From positions 1,696,001 through 1,760,000 of the forward strand of contig CAXXLF010000002.1 of assembly GCA_963664015.2 (NCBI GenBank): a stretch of 64,000 nt of DNA, in the 5' to 3' direction. Position 1 is the first letter of the stretch. Every line of letters starts with the position of its first letter. The notes beneath the pieces are model-generated. The model made no database searches and was not told where the DNA came from. It worked only from the letters and a program-made list of their open reading frames with translations. The translations under genes and the position numbers were made by a program. The DNA comes from Candidatus Binatia bacterium. Lineage in GTDB: Bacteria > Desulfobacterota > Binatia > UBA9968 > CAXXLF01. Of the stretch, positions 1-9,355 are shown piece after piece.

Positions 1-1
1 A

Positions 2-133
2 CGAGAATTGTTTACTCTAATCCCCCTCGGAATAATCGTCATTATCCTTGGAGTCTATCCTCACGCTGTTCTGGACCTTTTGAGCGCTTCTTTGAATCAA
101 CTCAATGCCATGGTGATTCCACATCTGTCGTAA
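2..133 (+). CDS. nuoM: NADH-quinone oxidoreductase subunit M, C-terminal fragment (runs off window start)
   Basis: Frame 2 reads RELFTLIPLGIIVIILGVYP...HLS*, the typical NuoM C-terminal RE..L.PL...LG.YP helix, directly upstream of nuoN. Confidence 0.8.
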   Translation, partial: RELFTLIPLGIIVIILGVYPHAVLDLLSASLNQLNAMVIPHLS

Positions 134-138
134 AAACC

Positions 139-1614
139 ATGAACCTTGCCAATCTAGAGAGCCTAAGATTCTTTTCGCCCGAGTTGATTTTGGCCGGGAC
201 GATCCTCGTCCTGACCTTTCTTGACCTCTTCATTAATAACAAGAAGTCATTGCCCCTACTGGCAGCGGCGGGAGCGCTTCTCTCACTTTGGGCGGTATGG
301 GACCTTACGGGGACACCGGGAGGTTCGCTCTTCTACCGCATGATCGTCCTGGACAACTTCAGTCTCTTTTTTAAAGTCGTCTCGTTACTGGCGGTCCTGT
401 TGGCTATCTGGATGTCCATGGAATCTCATGAAGTGCGACAGGTCCACCAAGGCGAATTCTACACGGTTTTGCTGACGGCCGCCCTGGGCATGTTCTTCAT
501 GGCATCTTCGAGCAATCTTCTCATGGCCTATCTTTCCCTTGAGCTCGTAAGCCTCACGTCCTACATCCTGACCGGCACGTTGCCCCACAACCGACGTTCC
601 AGCGAAGCCGCCTTGAAATACCTGATCTACGGTGGTGTTGCATCCGGATGCATGATCTTTGGAATGAGCTGGGTCTTTGGCATTACGGGTAGCCTTGATT
701 ACGCCCGCATCAATGAGATTCTCCTCGCAGGCGCAGCAAGCCCAATGGCCCTTTTTATCGCCTTTGTCTTGATCATAGCGGGATTCGGTTACAAGATCGT
801 CATCGTCCCGTTCCACATGTGGTCCCCCGACGTGTATCAGGGCGCCCCAATCCCCATTACCGCGTTTCTCTCGGTGGGCTCCAACGCCGCCGGCCTCGCC
901 ATAATGATTCGCTTCTTTTTTCCAGCCGTCTCTCGTATGGGGGCAGGCGGCGAATGGATCTCCATCCCTGGCGTCGAGTGGCCCCAGCTTCTCTGGATCG
1001 TTAGCGCGGTGACCATGACTGTCGGGAACCTGTGCGCGCTCAATCAGCAGAACCTCAAACGGTTGCTGGCTTACTCGGGGATTGCCCACGCCGGGTACCT
1101 TCTCATGGGACTCGTCGTCCTGAATAACGACGGTTTGAGTGCCATACTTTTCTATATCGTGGTTTATCTGATCATGAACCTGGGAGCCTTTTTGGTCGTC
1201 ATGATGATTTCCAATGCCACGGGGAGAGAGGACCTGGATGGATATCGAGGTCTCGCCTGGCGCGGCGCAGCATTCCCTGCGGTTTGTATGGCGATCTTTT
1301 TATTCTCACTGACCGGGTTACCCCCGCTGGCCGGCTTCGTCGGGAAGCTGCTGCTCTTTGCGGCGGTGATCAAAGGACAGTTTTATGTCCTGGCCGTGGT
1401 AGGCATTCTCAACAGTGTGATCTCCCTCTACTATTACGCCCGAATCGTGAAGACCATGTTTCTCGATACACCTACCGAAGACGGCCAGGTAACTGTGGCT
1501 GTCAGAATTCTGCCCTTGCTGCTTCTCCTCACCGTTCCCACGGTGGTCCTCGGCATCTTCTGGGAACCCCTGTTCCGCTACACGAACCAGTCGCTGAGCT
1601 TTTTTATCAAGTAG
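139..1614 (+). CDS. nuoN: NADH-quinone oxidoreductase subunit N (copy 1)
   Basis: 491-aa polytopic membrane protein with SSEAALKY, PFHMWSPDVYQGAP, KRLLAYSGIAHAGY and FSLTGLPPLAGF motifs. Confidence 0.93.
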   Translation: MNLANLESLRFFSPELILAGTILVLTFLDLFINNKKSLPLLAAAGALLSLWAVWDLTGTPGGSLFYRMIVLDNFSLFFKVVSLLAVLLAIWMSMESHEVRQVHQGEFYTVLLTAALGMFFMASSSNLLMAYLSLELVSLTSYILTGTLPHNRRSSEAALKYLIYGGVASGCMIFGMSWVFGITGSLDYARINEILLAGAASPMALFIAFVLIIAGFGYKIVIVPFHMWSPDVYQGAPIPITAFLSVGSNAAGLAIMIRFFFPAVSRMGAGGEWISIPGVEWPQLLWIVSAVTMTVGNLCALNQQNLKRLLAYSGIAHAGYLLMGLVVLNNDGLSAILFYIVVYLIMNLGAFLVVMMISNATGREDLDGYRGLAWRGAAFPAVCMAIFLFSLTGLPPLAGFVGKLLLFAAVIKGQFYVLAVVGILNSVISLYYYARIVKTMFLDTPTEDGQVTVAVRILPLLLLLTVPTVVLGIFWEPLFRYTNQSLSFFIK

Positions 1615-1624
1615 CAGCCCCTCT

Positions 1625-2640
1625 TCATTGACCCATCGCATGCAGAGGCAGAAGGGGAAAGCCATCGTTACATGAGGTTCGCCTCGCAGCTCTTATGCGG
1701 ACAGCCTGGATCTGTGCCATCGTGCCCGGCACCCCATCTCGGCTACAGCCTTTAAGGATCACAACCTTGCTCAATGCCTCCGCTTCAGTGCCCGAGGGGG
1801 CAAGCACTACGGCCTGAACCCGTTCGGTCACCGGTTTCCCGCTCCGTGGATCGATGAGATGCCCGTATCTCTGCCCGGCGATCTCAAACCATCGGCCCAG
1901 ACTGTCGGACGCGGGAAATGCCTGATCCCTTAACTCCACGAGTCCGACCGGGTCATGGTCCGGGAACTGTAACAGCAGTGTCCATACCTGGGCGTCGGGG
2001 GGGGAGCCAATGGCAATGACGCTGCTCTGGCCAAAATTGATGAATGCGGCTTTAATGCCGTTGCTTTTGAAGAGTTGTGCGATGAGATCAACCGCATACC
2101 CTTTACCGATACCCCCGGTATCGATCCTGACTCCATCCCTTTGGAGCTCGACCCCACGGTCGGGGTAGAGAACAACTTGATTCATACCGACCAGGCTCCG
2201 GACTCTCGTCAGTGCTCGCGCCGATGGAGCTTCTTTCTCATTCCAGCGGATTGCCAAAGATCCACAAGAGGACCGACCGTCACATCGAATACCCCAGCGG
2301 TTTTGATACTAAGGTCCTTGGCCAGCACCAGCAACTCGTATAATTCTGGAGAGACTTGGGTCTTACCGGTGTCTCCTTTTCGATTCAGCCGGCTGACTTC
2401 GCTCTCGGGTTTGTAATTACTCAAAAGTCCATCCAGTCTCTCCGCTAAAGAGAATGCCTTATTGAGTGTCCTGCGCGCCGCCCGCCCGTCGTGATGATAC
2501 AGGGTGAGGTCGAAGCAGGGTACCCATCACGTAGGGGACCTCGCGGTAGCGTTGGTATGACTCGGCGTGAGCTGCATGGACCCTTAAAATCGGGAAGAGG
2601 AGCAATGCGATGAAGGGAAGGGTTAGGATCCGCTTTTGCA
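1625..2640 (-). pseudogene. apbE: FAD:protein FMN transferase (ApbE family), two frameshifts and no clear start codon
   Basis: Pieces in three frames: signal-like LPFIALLLF...YVMGTLL / DLTL...LSNYKPESEVSRLN...FDVTVGPLVDLW / IDTGGIGKGYAVD...YGHLIDPRSG; shifts near 2513 and 2230. Confidence 0.8.
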
Positions 2641-2959
2641 GAAAGTCACTAAGGTCATTGAGCGCATCCTTTTTCTCGAGGGGATTCCCAACGTCACCGG
2701 CTACGACAAGATTATCACCGGCCAGACGGTGAAGGAGCAGCTGGAAATCGCCCTTGGCCTGGAGCTGGGGGCAATCCCGGTGCTCAAGTCAGGCATTTCA
2801 ACCTGTCTCGAGCTGTCGGACGATACGAGCCGGGAACTCCTGGAGCACATCATTCAGGATGATGAGCATCACGTCGATTGGATCGAAACCCAGCTCCATT
2901 TGATCCAGGAAACGGGCTATGAAAACTACCTCGCCCAGCAGATCTTTAAAAAGGCTTAG
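2636..2959 (+). pseudogene. bfr: Bacterioferritin, 5'-truncated (roughly the first 50 aa missing)
   Basis: IERILFLEGIPN, DDTSRELLEHI, DEHHVDWIETQL and GYENYLAQQ match Bfr helices B-E; no N-terminal helix or RBS upstream. Confidence 0.82.
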
Positions 2960-3065
2960 TCAGACCTGAGTTCATCAGGGGGAATGGTGGTGTGGGTCAC
3001 CGGTTGGTTTCTACATCCTAGAAGCGAATCATCCGCTGAGGTGGCCGCCAGGTTGTGGGAGCGGG

Positions 3066-5078
3066 CTAAGAACCGCTGTGCGACAGGGCCTTTTTGGGGG
3101 CTAGCACGAAGAACCAGAGCAGAGAACCTAGGAATAGAACCAACATACCTACTTGGATCAAGAACCCCTCGGCGTTAGGATAGATTCCTAGGGTAGGGAC
3201 GGGGGTGAAATTCAAAGGGGTCTTGCTCAAAAGATCCACCTGCTGCAAACGGTAGATCCCCTCGCCTGCGAATATGGTAGCCAGCATATAGAGAAGACCA
3301 CTGGTCAAGCCAAAAAAGTAACGCAAGGGGATTTTGAGACCCGCCTTAAAGATCGCCAAGATGACCAGCATGAGCAGACCCAATCCCAGGAAAAACCCCA
3401 GCAGGACGTGACTCGGGGAAGCAGTCCCTTGTAGGAGCAGGGCCTGGTAGAACAAAACTGTTTCCAATCCTTCCCGGTACACCGCAAGGAAGGCAACCCC
3501 GGCCAAGGCCATGACGTGCCCTGTGGACAAGGCAGCTTGGATCTTGGTTTTAATAAAGTCCATCCACCGTTGCGCTTCCAACTTGGCAAGCAGCCAGTAA
3601 CTCACATAGAAAAGCACCAAGGCCGCCAGTAACGAGGCGATCCCCTCAATGAGCTCGCGATTGGAGCCGCTCACTTTGATCAAGAATGCGGCGATGAACC
3701 AGGAAATGAGAGTCGCCACCATGGCACCGATCCAGCCTAAATGGACATAATAGGCGGCTCCATGCTGCCCTGAGGATCGAAGAAAGGCGAGTATGGCCGC
3801 CACAATCAAGGCAGCCTCGAGTCCTTCCCTCAAGATGATCGTCATTGAATTTAGAAAGGCAAAGTACGGGCTCGACGGCCCTTCGGCCAACTCAGCCTGT
3901 ACCGTCAAGAGTTCGTCTCGCAGCTTGTTGAGGAGGACCGAGCTCTGTGTCAGATCAGCCGCCTTCAGGGTCCTCCTGGTGGCAAGGAACAACTTCTCGA
4001 TGTCCTGAATGCGGTCAGGTCGAACGGCCTGAAGTTGCGGCTCTGCGAGCTCGAACCCCTCCAGATAACCCTCCAACACGGTGGCGTAGGCTTCATTTGC
4101 CTTGCCTTCTTTAACCAGGGTCAGGCTTTGCTCGACCAGTGCCAGGGCGTAAGGTAACGGATCCAATCCCGCCTGCCCGGCAAAGTCGGACCTCAAATAG
4201 GCCAGGATCGCCTTTTTCTCATCCGGCTTAACCATCCCTTTGTCGGCCAAACGCGCCGATAGCTCTCCATCGGTCAGGAATGCGAGGGTTCTCAAGTCGC
4301 CCAACTCCTGTTTTAGCAGGGGATTCCACAGAGACTTGCCTGCTTCGACCTCAGCCGTCGAAAAGCGTAAAGAAAAAACATAAAAGGCGAGGTGCCATCG
4401 ATCCTGTTCGCTGAAGGCATCGAAAGAGGCCATGCCCGTACCGGTAATGCCGAATGACAAGACGTTGAAGGCCTTAAAGGGTGAAAGTCCCTCCATAACA
4501 GAGGCATTGTTAAACTTGCTCGGCGGCGGTTTCAATTTCCGAGCCTCGGCAGTATCCGCCTTGCCGTCAGCACCATGGCAAGTGGCGCAGGTCTCCTGAT
4601 AAAGCTGATTCCCCCGTTCCCCTGACGGGGATTGCAAAGGGAACGTCGTCACACCGTAGACGGATACCGTACGATCCTTGATCTGTTTGCTCAGGCTAGC
4701 CACCTCTGCAGGATCGCCCTTACCGTCAATTAACTCCTTGAGTCGTTGAAGCCCTTGTTGAATAGGAACTGAATCCTGCGGCCTGGAAGGCGCGGGTAGG
4801 GACGTGTACAGCGCCAGGGCGTCGGTACTGAAGGCCAGCATCTCTTGATACTCCTCCGGGACAACGACCTTTCCGTCGCGAACGGCTACCGAGTAGTCCC
4901 TGCCGATATAATCCACCAGGAGAAGGAAGCGACGAACTTCACTAGCAGGTGCAGGGGTGACCCATAGCAAGGTCAGCCCAAAAAGCAACAATAACAACCG
5001 GTTGGTAGTAACACGCCAATGGGGGCCCGTTAATTGCACCAGCCTCACCTTGATCTTTCGAGGGTCCTGCAATAACAT
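3066..5078 (-). CDS. Cytochrome c / FTR1-family iron (lead) permease fusion, PbrT/EfeU-like
   Basis: Signal peptide, LLVDYIGRDY, heme motif CATCH, C-terminal FTR1 domain with two REGLE motifs (ILREGLEA, VYREGLET); GAGG RBS. Confidence 0.9.
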   Translation of the reverse strand: MLLQDPRKIKVRLVQLTGPHWRVTTNRLLLLLFGLTLLWVTPAPASEVRRFLLLVDYIGRDYSVAVRDGKVVVPEEYQEMLAFSTDALALYTSLPAPSRPQDSVPIQQGLQRLKELIDGKGDPAEVASLSKQIKDRTVSVYGVTTFPLQSPSGERGNQLYQETCATCHGADGKADTAEARKLKPPPSKFNNASVMEGLSPFKAFNVLSFGITGTGMASFDAFSEQDRWHLAFYVFSLRFSTAEVEAGKSLWNPLLKQELGDLRTLAFLTDGELSARLADKGMVKPDEKKAILAYLRSDFAGQAGLDPLPYALALVEQSLTLVKEGKANEAYATVLEGYLEGFELAEPQLQAVRPDRIQDIEKLFLATRRTLKAADLTQSSVLLNKLRDELLTVQAELAEGPSSPYFAFLNSMTIILREGLEAALIVAAILAFLRSSGQHGAAYYVHLGWIGAMVATLISWFIAAFLIKVSGSNRELIEGIASLLAALVLFYVSYWLLAKLEAQRWMDFIKTKIQAALSTGHVMALAGVAFLAVYREGLETVLFYQALLLQGTASPSHVLLGFFLGLGLLMLVILAIFKAGLKIPLRYFFGLTSGLLYMLATIFAGEGIYRLQQVDLLSKTPLNFTPVPTLGIYPNAEGFLIQVGMLVLFLGSLLWFFVLAPKKALSHSGS

Positions 5079-5144
5079 GTCCTCGTTCTTTGGATTTATT
5101 ACCCCAAACTGAACTAGTTGTGTTCACTAAGGGAATCTAATATC

Positions 5145-5158
5145 TTCGACTAGGCGAA
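5145..5158. promoter_or_regulatory. Palindromic candidate DtxR/MntR operator in the divergent FTR1/DtxR promoter region
   Basis: TTCGACTAGGCGAA is a near-perfect palindrome, flanked by TCTAA/TTAGA, between two divergent genes. Confidence 0.45.
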
Positions 5159-5180
5159 TTAGAAACATTTGTCAATAGGC

Positions 5181-5849
5181 ATGGACCTTAACAATATCAC
5201 TTCGGTTACCCAAGATTATCTGAAGGGAATTTACGTTCTCGCGGAAGAGGGCAAACCAGTCATTGCTGCCCGCGTGGCCGAGGAGATCGGCGTTTCCCCG
5301 TCGACGATGTTCAGTGCCCTGCGCCGGTTGGAGAAAGACGGTTTGGCCAAGGTCGAGAGTCGTAAGGAGATTCACTTGACGGCCAAGGGGCGAAAGGTCG
5401 CCGAAACGATCCTGAGGCGCCATTTCCTTACCGAACGGCTCCTCACTGACCTTTTGGGTCTTGATTGGGTCATGGCGCATCGAGAGGCCCATCATTTAGA
5501 ACACGCCATCTCCCCGGTCGTCGAGGAGCGGTTGGCGGAGATTTTACACCATCCGACGACCTGTCCCCATGGAAACCCTATCCCTAATGAGGGAAGGGCA
5601 CCCAAAGTAGGCAAATGGATCCCCCTCAGTTCTATCGACCCGGGCCAAGAAGTGGAACTTCTATCCATCAGTGAGATGGGGGAAAGAGACCCTCGGCTGC
5701 TCAGTTTTCTACTCGAGCACAAGCTGGTTCCCAGTGCCAGGATTCACGTGCTCGACGTTGCACCCTCACTGGGAATTATGAACCTCCGCGTGGGAAAAGA
5801 TGAATTTACGCTCGGGATCGAAGCAGCCAAAAAGCTTCGTGTCCAGTGA
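5181..5849 (+). CDS. DtxR/MntR-family metal-dependent transcriptional regulator with C-terminal FeoA-like domain
   Basis: QDYLKGIY, HTH, RRHFLTERLL, EAHHLEH and PTTCPHGNPIP motifs; ATG at 5181. Confidence 0.92.
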   Translation: MDLNNITSVTQDYLKGIYVLAEEGKPVIAARVAEEIGVSPSTMFSALRRLEKDGLAKVESRKEIHLTAKGRKVAETILRRHFLTERLLTDLLGLDWVMAHREAHHLEHAISPVVEERLAEILHHPTTCPHGNPIPNEGRAPKVGKWIPLSSIDPGQEVELLSISEMGERDPRLLSFLLEHKLVPSARIHVLDVAPSLGIMNLRVGKDEFTLGIEAAKKLRVQ

Positions 5850-5901
5850 GGCCGGGATTCCAGCTTCGAACTGGCCGGCCCGCCTCCCAGGCCATGACTG
5901 C

Positions 5902-6195
5902 TTACACTTGTAGAAGCTCTCTGAATTCGGAAGGCACCGCACCGGGATCCGGCACCGAGCGTTTGATTTCACCGGCCAAGAAGTCCACCTGGTCCCGCAC
6001 CGAGAGATCTCGATCGAGGATGATGATCTTCTTTTCATTGAGGCGGCAGCTACCGCTCGCTACACGATAACCTACCTCGCGCAGCAGCTTTTCGGTGCGA
6101 ACGTCGATTTGCATCAGTTCGGCGCAACGGATTAACTCGTCCAGCCTTATCTGCGACTTGGTTTGAGTCCGAGGTTTTTTCTCTTTTGCTTGCAT
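5902..6195 (-). CDS. Small hypothetical protein
   Basis: 97-aa ORF with protein-like composition (SGSCRL...IIILDRDLS..DQVDFLA) filling the intergenic gap. Confidence 0.6.
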   Translation of the reverse strand: MQAKEKKPRTQTKSQIRLDELIRCAELMQIDVRTEKLLREVGYRVASGSCRLNEKKIIILDRDLSVRDQVDFLAGEIKRSVPDPGAVPSEFRELLQV

Positions 6196-6362
6196 GTTCG
6201 CGTTGGACCTATTATGGCGAATGTTGATGGATGTGTAAACCCAAAAAGAGGAAGAGGACCATTCTATCGTGCGAGCTTTCCATGGTATACTGATTTTAGC
6301 GTCCGAATCTTGTCCGTGACGCCCAAGGGTGCCCGTAAGAATTTCTTCCGGGAGGTCGATCC

Positions 6363-7198
6363 ATGATCAAAAGTATTCTTGTCCCGATTGACGGTTCCTA
6401 ACATGGCAAGGCCGCACTCGATTACAGCTTATGGTTAGCCGAAATCTTTACGGCTCGCTTTTTGGGCAACACGTGATCGATACGGCCTCTCTCGAAGGGA
6501 CCTATTTTCATGACATCTCGGGTTCCCTTGGCTTTGGGCCCTACCTGGACTTCTCCAGCAAGATGCGGAAAGTCTTGGAAGAAAGAGGCAATGGTCTACT
6601 GGAAGAATTCAGCAAACGTTGCCGGAACAAGGGTACCCGCAACGACACCTTTCTCGACATGGGCATCGTACCTAACGAGATTGGCGAAAGAGCGAAGGTA
6701 GCGGACCTCGTGGTCCTTGGCCATCGGGGTATCAATGAAGAGTTCTCCGCCGGCTTGCTCGGGAGCGCTTCCGAAAGCGTGACGCGCAAGTGTCCCCGCC
6801 CCGTTTTCATCACAACACAAACCTTTAAGCCTATTAAAAAACCGCTTCTTGCCGATGACGGGAGTCAGCGGTCCAGCTCCGCCATGGAATCCGCAGCCGA
6901 GTTCTGTACCCAACTGGGCCTTCCGATGACGGTTCTATACGTACCCAAAGAGGAAGGCATGGAGGAGAAGGTTTTCCAGGAGGCCAGGTCCTACCTTGGA
7001 TCCTATGATGTGGAGGTCCAGTACGAGGTGGCCAAGGGTTTTCCGGAACAAAAGATCGTGAAGTACTTGCGCAACCTTGATTACGATCGTGTCTTTATCG
7101 GTGCCTACGGACACCAGCGCATAATCGAGCTGCTACTGGGAGGAACCACCGAGTATGTGTTCAGAAACAGTCCCTGCCCGATTTTCCTCAAGCGATGA
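6363..7198 (+). pseudogene. Tandem-domain universal stress protein, interrupted by an in-frame TAA and a frameshift near its start
   Basis: GGAGG RBS then MIKSILVPIDGS*HGKAALDY..., shift at about 6450 into ...DLVVLGHRG...LLGSASESV...IGAYGH...LLGGTTEYV. Confidence 0.8.
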
Positions 7199-8010
7199 AA
7201 TTCCTTGCCGCCGCGGTCCAGATGCTCCCCAACGCCGACAAGGGGGCAAATCTAAAGGAGGCTGAACGATGGGTCCGCCAGGCCTCATCCAACGGGGCCA
7301 AGCTGGTGGTTCTCCCCGAAGTCTTCAACTTCAGAGGCCCACAAGAGAGCGTATCCGCAGAAGCCATCCCCGGACCCACTTCGAGGTGGATGGCCGACCT
7401 TGCCACTGACCTCGGTATCAATTTCCTAGCCGGTTCCATCCTCGAGACCGTACCCAACGAGAAGAAGGTGTACAACACAAGTCTCTTCTTCAGCCCTGAA
7501 GGCAAGCTCCTGGCCAAGTACCGAAAGATCCACCTCTTCGATGTTCAAGTTAACGATGAGGTCAACGTATTCGAATCTGATACGAGAATACCGGGGGAAG
7601 AAGTGGTCGTCGCCCGGACTGAATTTTGCCCCATGGGTTTGACCATCTGTTATGATCTTCGCTTCCCCGAACTCTTTCGCAACCTGGTGGAACGCGGAGC
7701 CCAAGTTGTATTCCTTCCGGCTGCTTTCACCTCCGTGACCGGAAAGGCGCACTGGGAGCCACTGCTCCGTGCACGAGCCATTGAGAATCAAGTCTACATC
7801 ATTGCTCCAGACCAGTTTGGGCAAGCCCCCCATGCCATCGCCACACACGGCCACAGTATGATCGTCGACCCATGGGGAAGGATCCTGGCAGAGGCCAAAG
7901 ACTCCGCTGGCGTCATTCACGCTGAGATCGACCTCGACTACCTGGCAAAAGTTCGCAAAGAGCTGCCCTCATTATCCCATCGAAAACCGTTCTTACTGCA
8001 AGGCGCATAG
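7195..8010 (+). CDS. Carbon-nitrogen hydrolase (Nit1 / deaminated glutathione amidase-like)
   Basis: Catalytic E-K-C motifs LPEVF, YRKIHLFD and ICYDLRFPE; AHWEPLLRARAIEN. Confidence 0.92.
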   Translation: MKFLAAAVQMLPNADKGANLKEAERWVRQASSNGAKLVVLPEVFNFRGPQESVSAEAIPGPTSRWMADLATDLGINFLAGSILETVPNEKKVYNTSLFFSPEGKLLAKYRKIHLFDVQVNDEVNVFESDTRIPGEEVVVARTEFCPMGLTICYDLRFPELFRNLVERGAQVVFLPAAFTSVTGKAHWEPLLRARAIENQVYIIAPDQFGQAPHAIATHGHSMIVDPWGRILAEAKDSAGVIHAEIDLDYLAKVRKELPSLSHRKPFLLQGA

Positions 8011-8364
8011 AGCAAAACGCAAAGCTCAAAGCGTTCGGACTTCAGCTGTCAGCTAAGAAGTGTTGAGTGTTAGATTCTCAGTGATCAGTTCCAAACTCTT
8101 TAACCGCAGGGGGACGCAGACTAAATAATCAGTCCACAATCCGAAACTCTAAACAATATCAAAATCCAAATCACTAAAGGCCTAAACTATTTGATTCTGT
8201 AGTTTTGAAATTAGGATGCCGAGTTTTGAAACTGTTTTTCTCCTAGCGCATAGCGTTCAGCCTGCTTACTGTCTTCCTCTCTTCTCTGGCTGATAGCTGA
8301 GAGCTATCTTGCTGCATACTGCCTACTGTCTTTCTCTTCCCCTCAGCGCTTTGCCCTTTGCTCT
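8009..8364. repeat. Nested heptamer-repeat palindromic intergenic element (copy A)
   Basis: Outer IR AGAGCAAAACGCAAAGC / GCTTTGCCCTTTGCTCT; inner 7-mer modules; 8140-8215 matches the reverse complement of 30400-30475 at 62/76 nt. Confidence 0.75.
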
Positions 8365-8444
8365 TACCTGGGCCACCCGGACCGGCATTTGGTTGCAGCC
8401 CGCCAGCATGCTAAAGTCCCGCCCCTGAAGGTCGAGGTCTATCT

Positions 8445-9281
8445 ATGGCGGGGTCCGTTACAAAGATTGGAATAATGGGATGCGGCAGCATTGGCTCTAC
8501 CATCGCCAAGGCGGTATTGAAGGATGCCTCTTTGAATGCGAAGTTAATCGGTATCTATGATAAGGATTTAAGCAAGGCCAAGGAGCTGGGAGAGCGGGTG
8601 AAGACCGATCTGACAGTGGCCTCGTCCTTCGAGGAATTCCTGAAACTTCCATTCGGTCTCCTCGTCGAATGCGCCTCCCAGGTCGCGGTGAAAAAATACG
8701 CCCAGCGGGCCCTCGACTCCGGCAAAGAGCTCCTCATCCTGAGTATTGGCGCCCTCATGGACGATGCCTTTCGAAAGAGACTTCAGGAAACTGCGATCCA
8801 TAAAGGCAAGGAGATCCACTGTCCCTCGGGCGCTATCGGCGGGCTGGACCTTCTGCGAGCAGCATCCGAAGGGAAGATCGAATCTGTGAGCCTAAAGACG
8901 AGTAAGCCTCCCGCCGCATTTCTCAACGCGCCTTATTTTCTCAAGCACGGGACCTCGCCTAAGGATATTGGCACCCGGATCACGCTGTTCGAGGGCCCGG
9001 CCAAAGAAGCGGTTAAGCTCTTTCCCGCCAACGTCAACGTGGCCGCGGCACTCAGCATTGCAGGTATCAGTGGGAAGGCAACGCAGGTAGAGATTGTGGC
9101 GGATCCCGATCTTAAGGTTAACGTCCACGAGATCGAGATTCGGGGTGATTTCGGAGTCGCGACCATCACGGTTAAAAACACACCGCATCCGGACAATCCC
9201 GGAACCAGCAGCCTTGCCGCTTTCTCAGCTATCGAGACCCTGCGCCGGGCTTGCAGCCCAACGGGTCGTGTTTCATCCTGA
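8445..9281 (+). CDS. nadX: L-aspartate dehydrogenase
   Basis: GCGSIG Rossmann motif, VECAS, SGAIGGLD, FPANVNVAA and NPGTSSLAAFS; convergent with nadA. Confidence 0.92.
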   Translation: MAGSVTKIGIMGCGSIGSTIAKAVLKDASLNAKLIGIYDKDLSKAKELGERVKTDLTVASSFEEFLKLPFGLLVECASQVAVKKYAQRALDSGKELLILSIGALMDDAFRKRLQETAIHKGKEIHCPSGAIGGLDLLRAASEGKIESVSLKTSKPPAAFLNAPYFLKHGTSPKDIGTRITLFEGPAKEAVKLFPANVNVAAALSIAGISGKATQVEIVADPDLKVNVHEIEIRGDFGVATITVKNTPHPDNPGTSSLAAFSAIETLRRACSPTGRVSS

Positions 9282-9355
9282 CGACTTGAGAACTCGATTT
9301 CGGCATTTGGCCGCCACGAAACAGCTTACCACCCTCCGAGCAACCGGACCGCCGT

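Noticed and set aside
8009-8364. CRISPR array in the repeat-rich spacers
   Set aside because: No constant 23-47 bp repeats with unique spacers and no cas genes; the repeats are degenerate 7-mers
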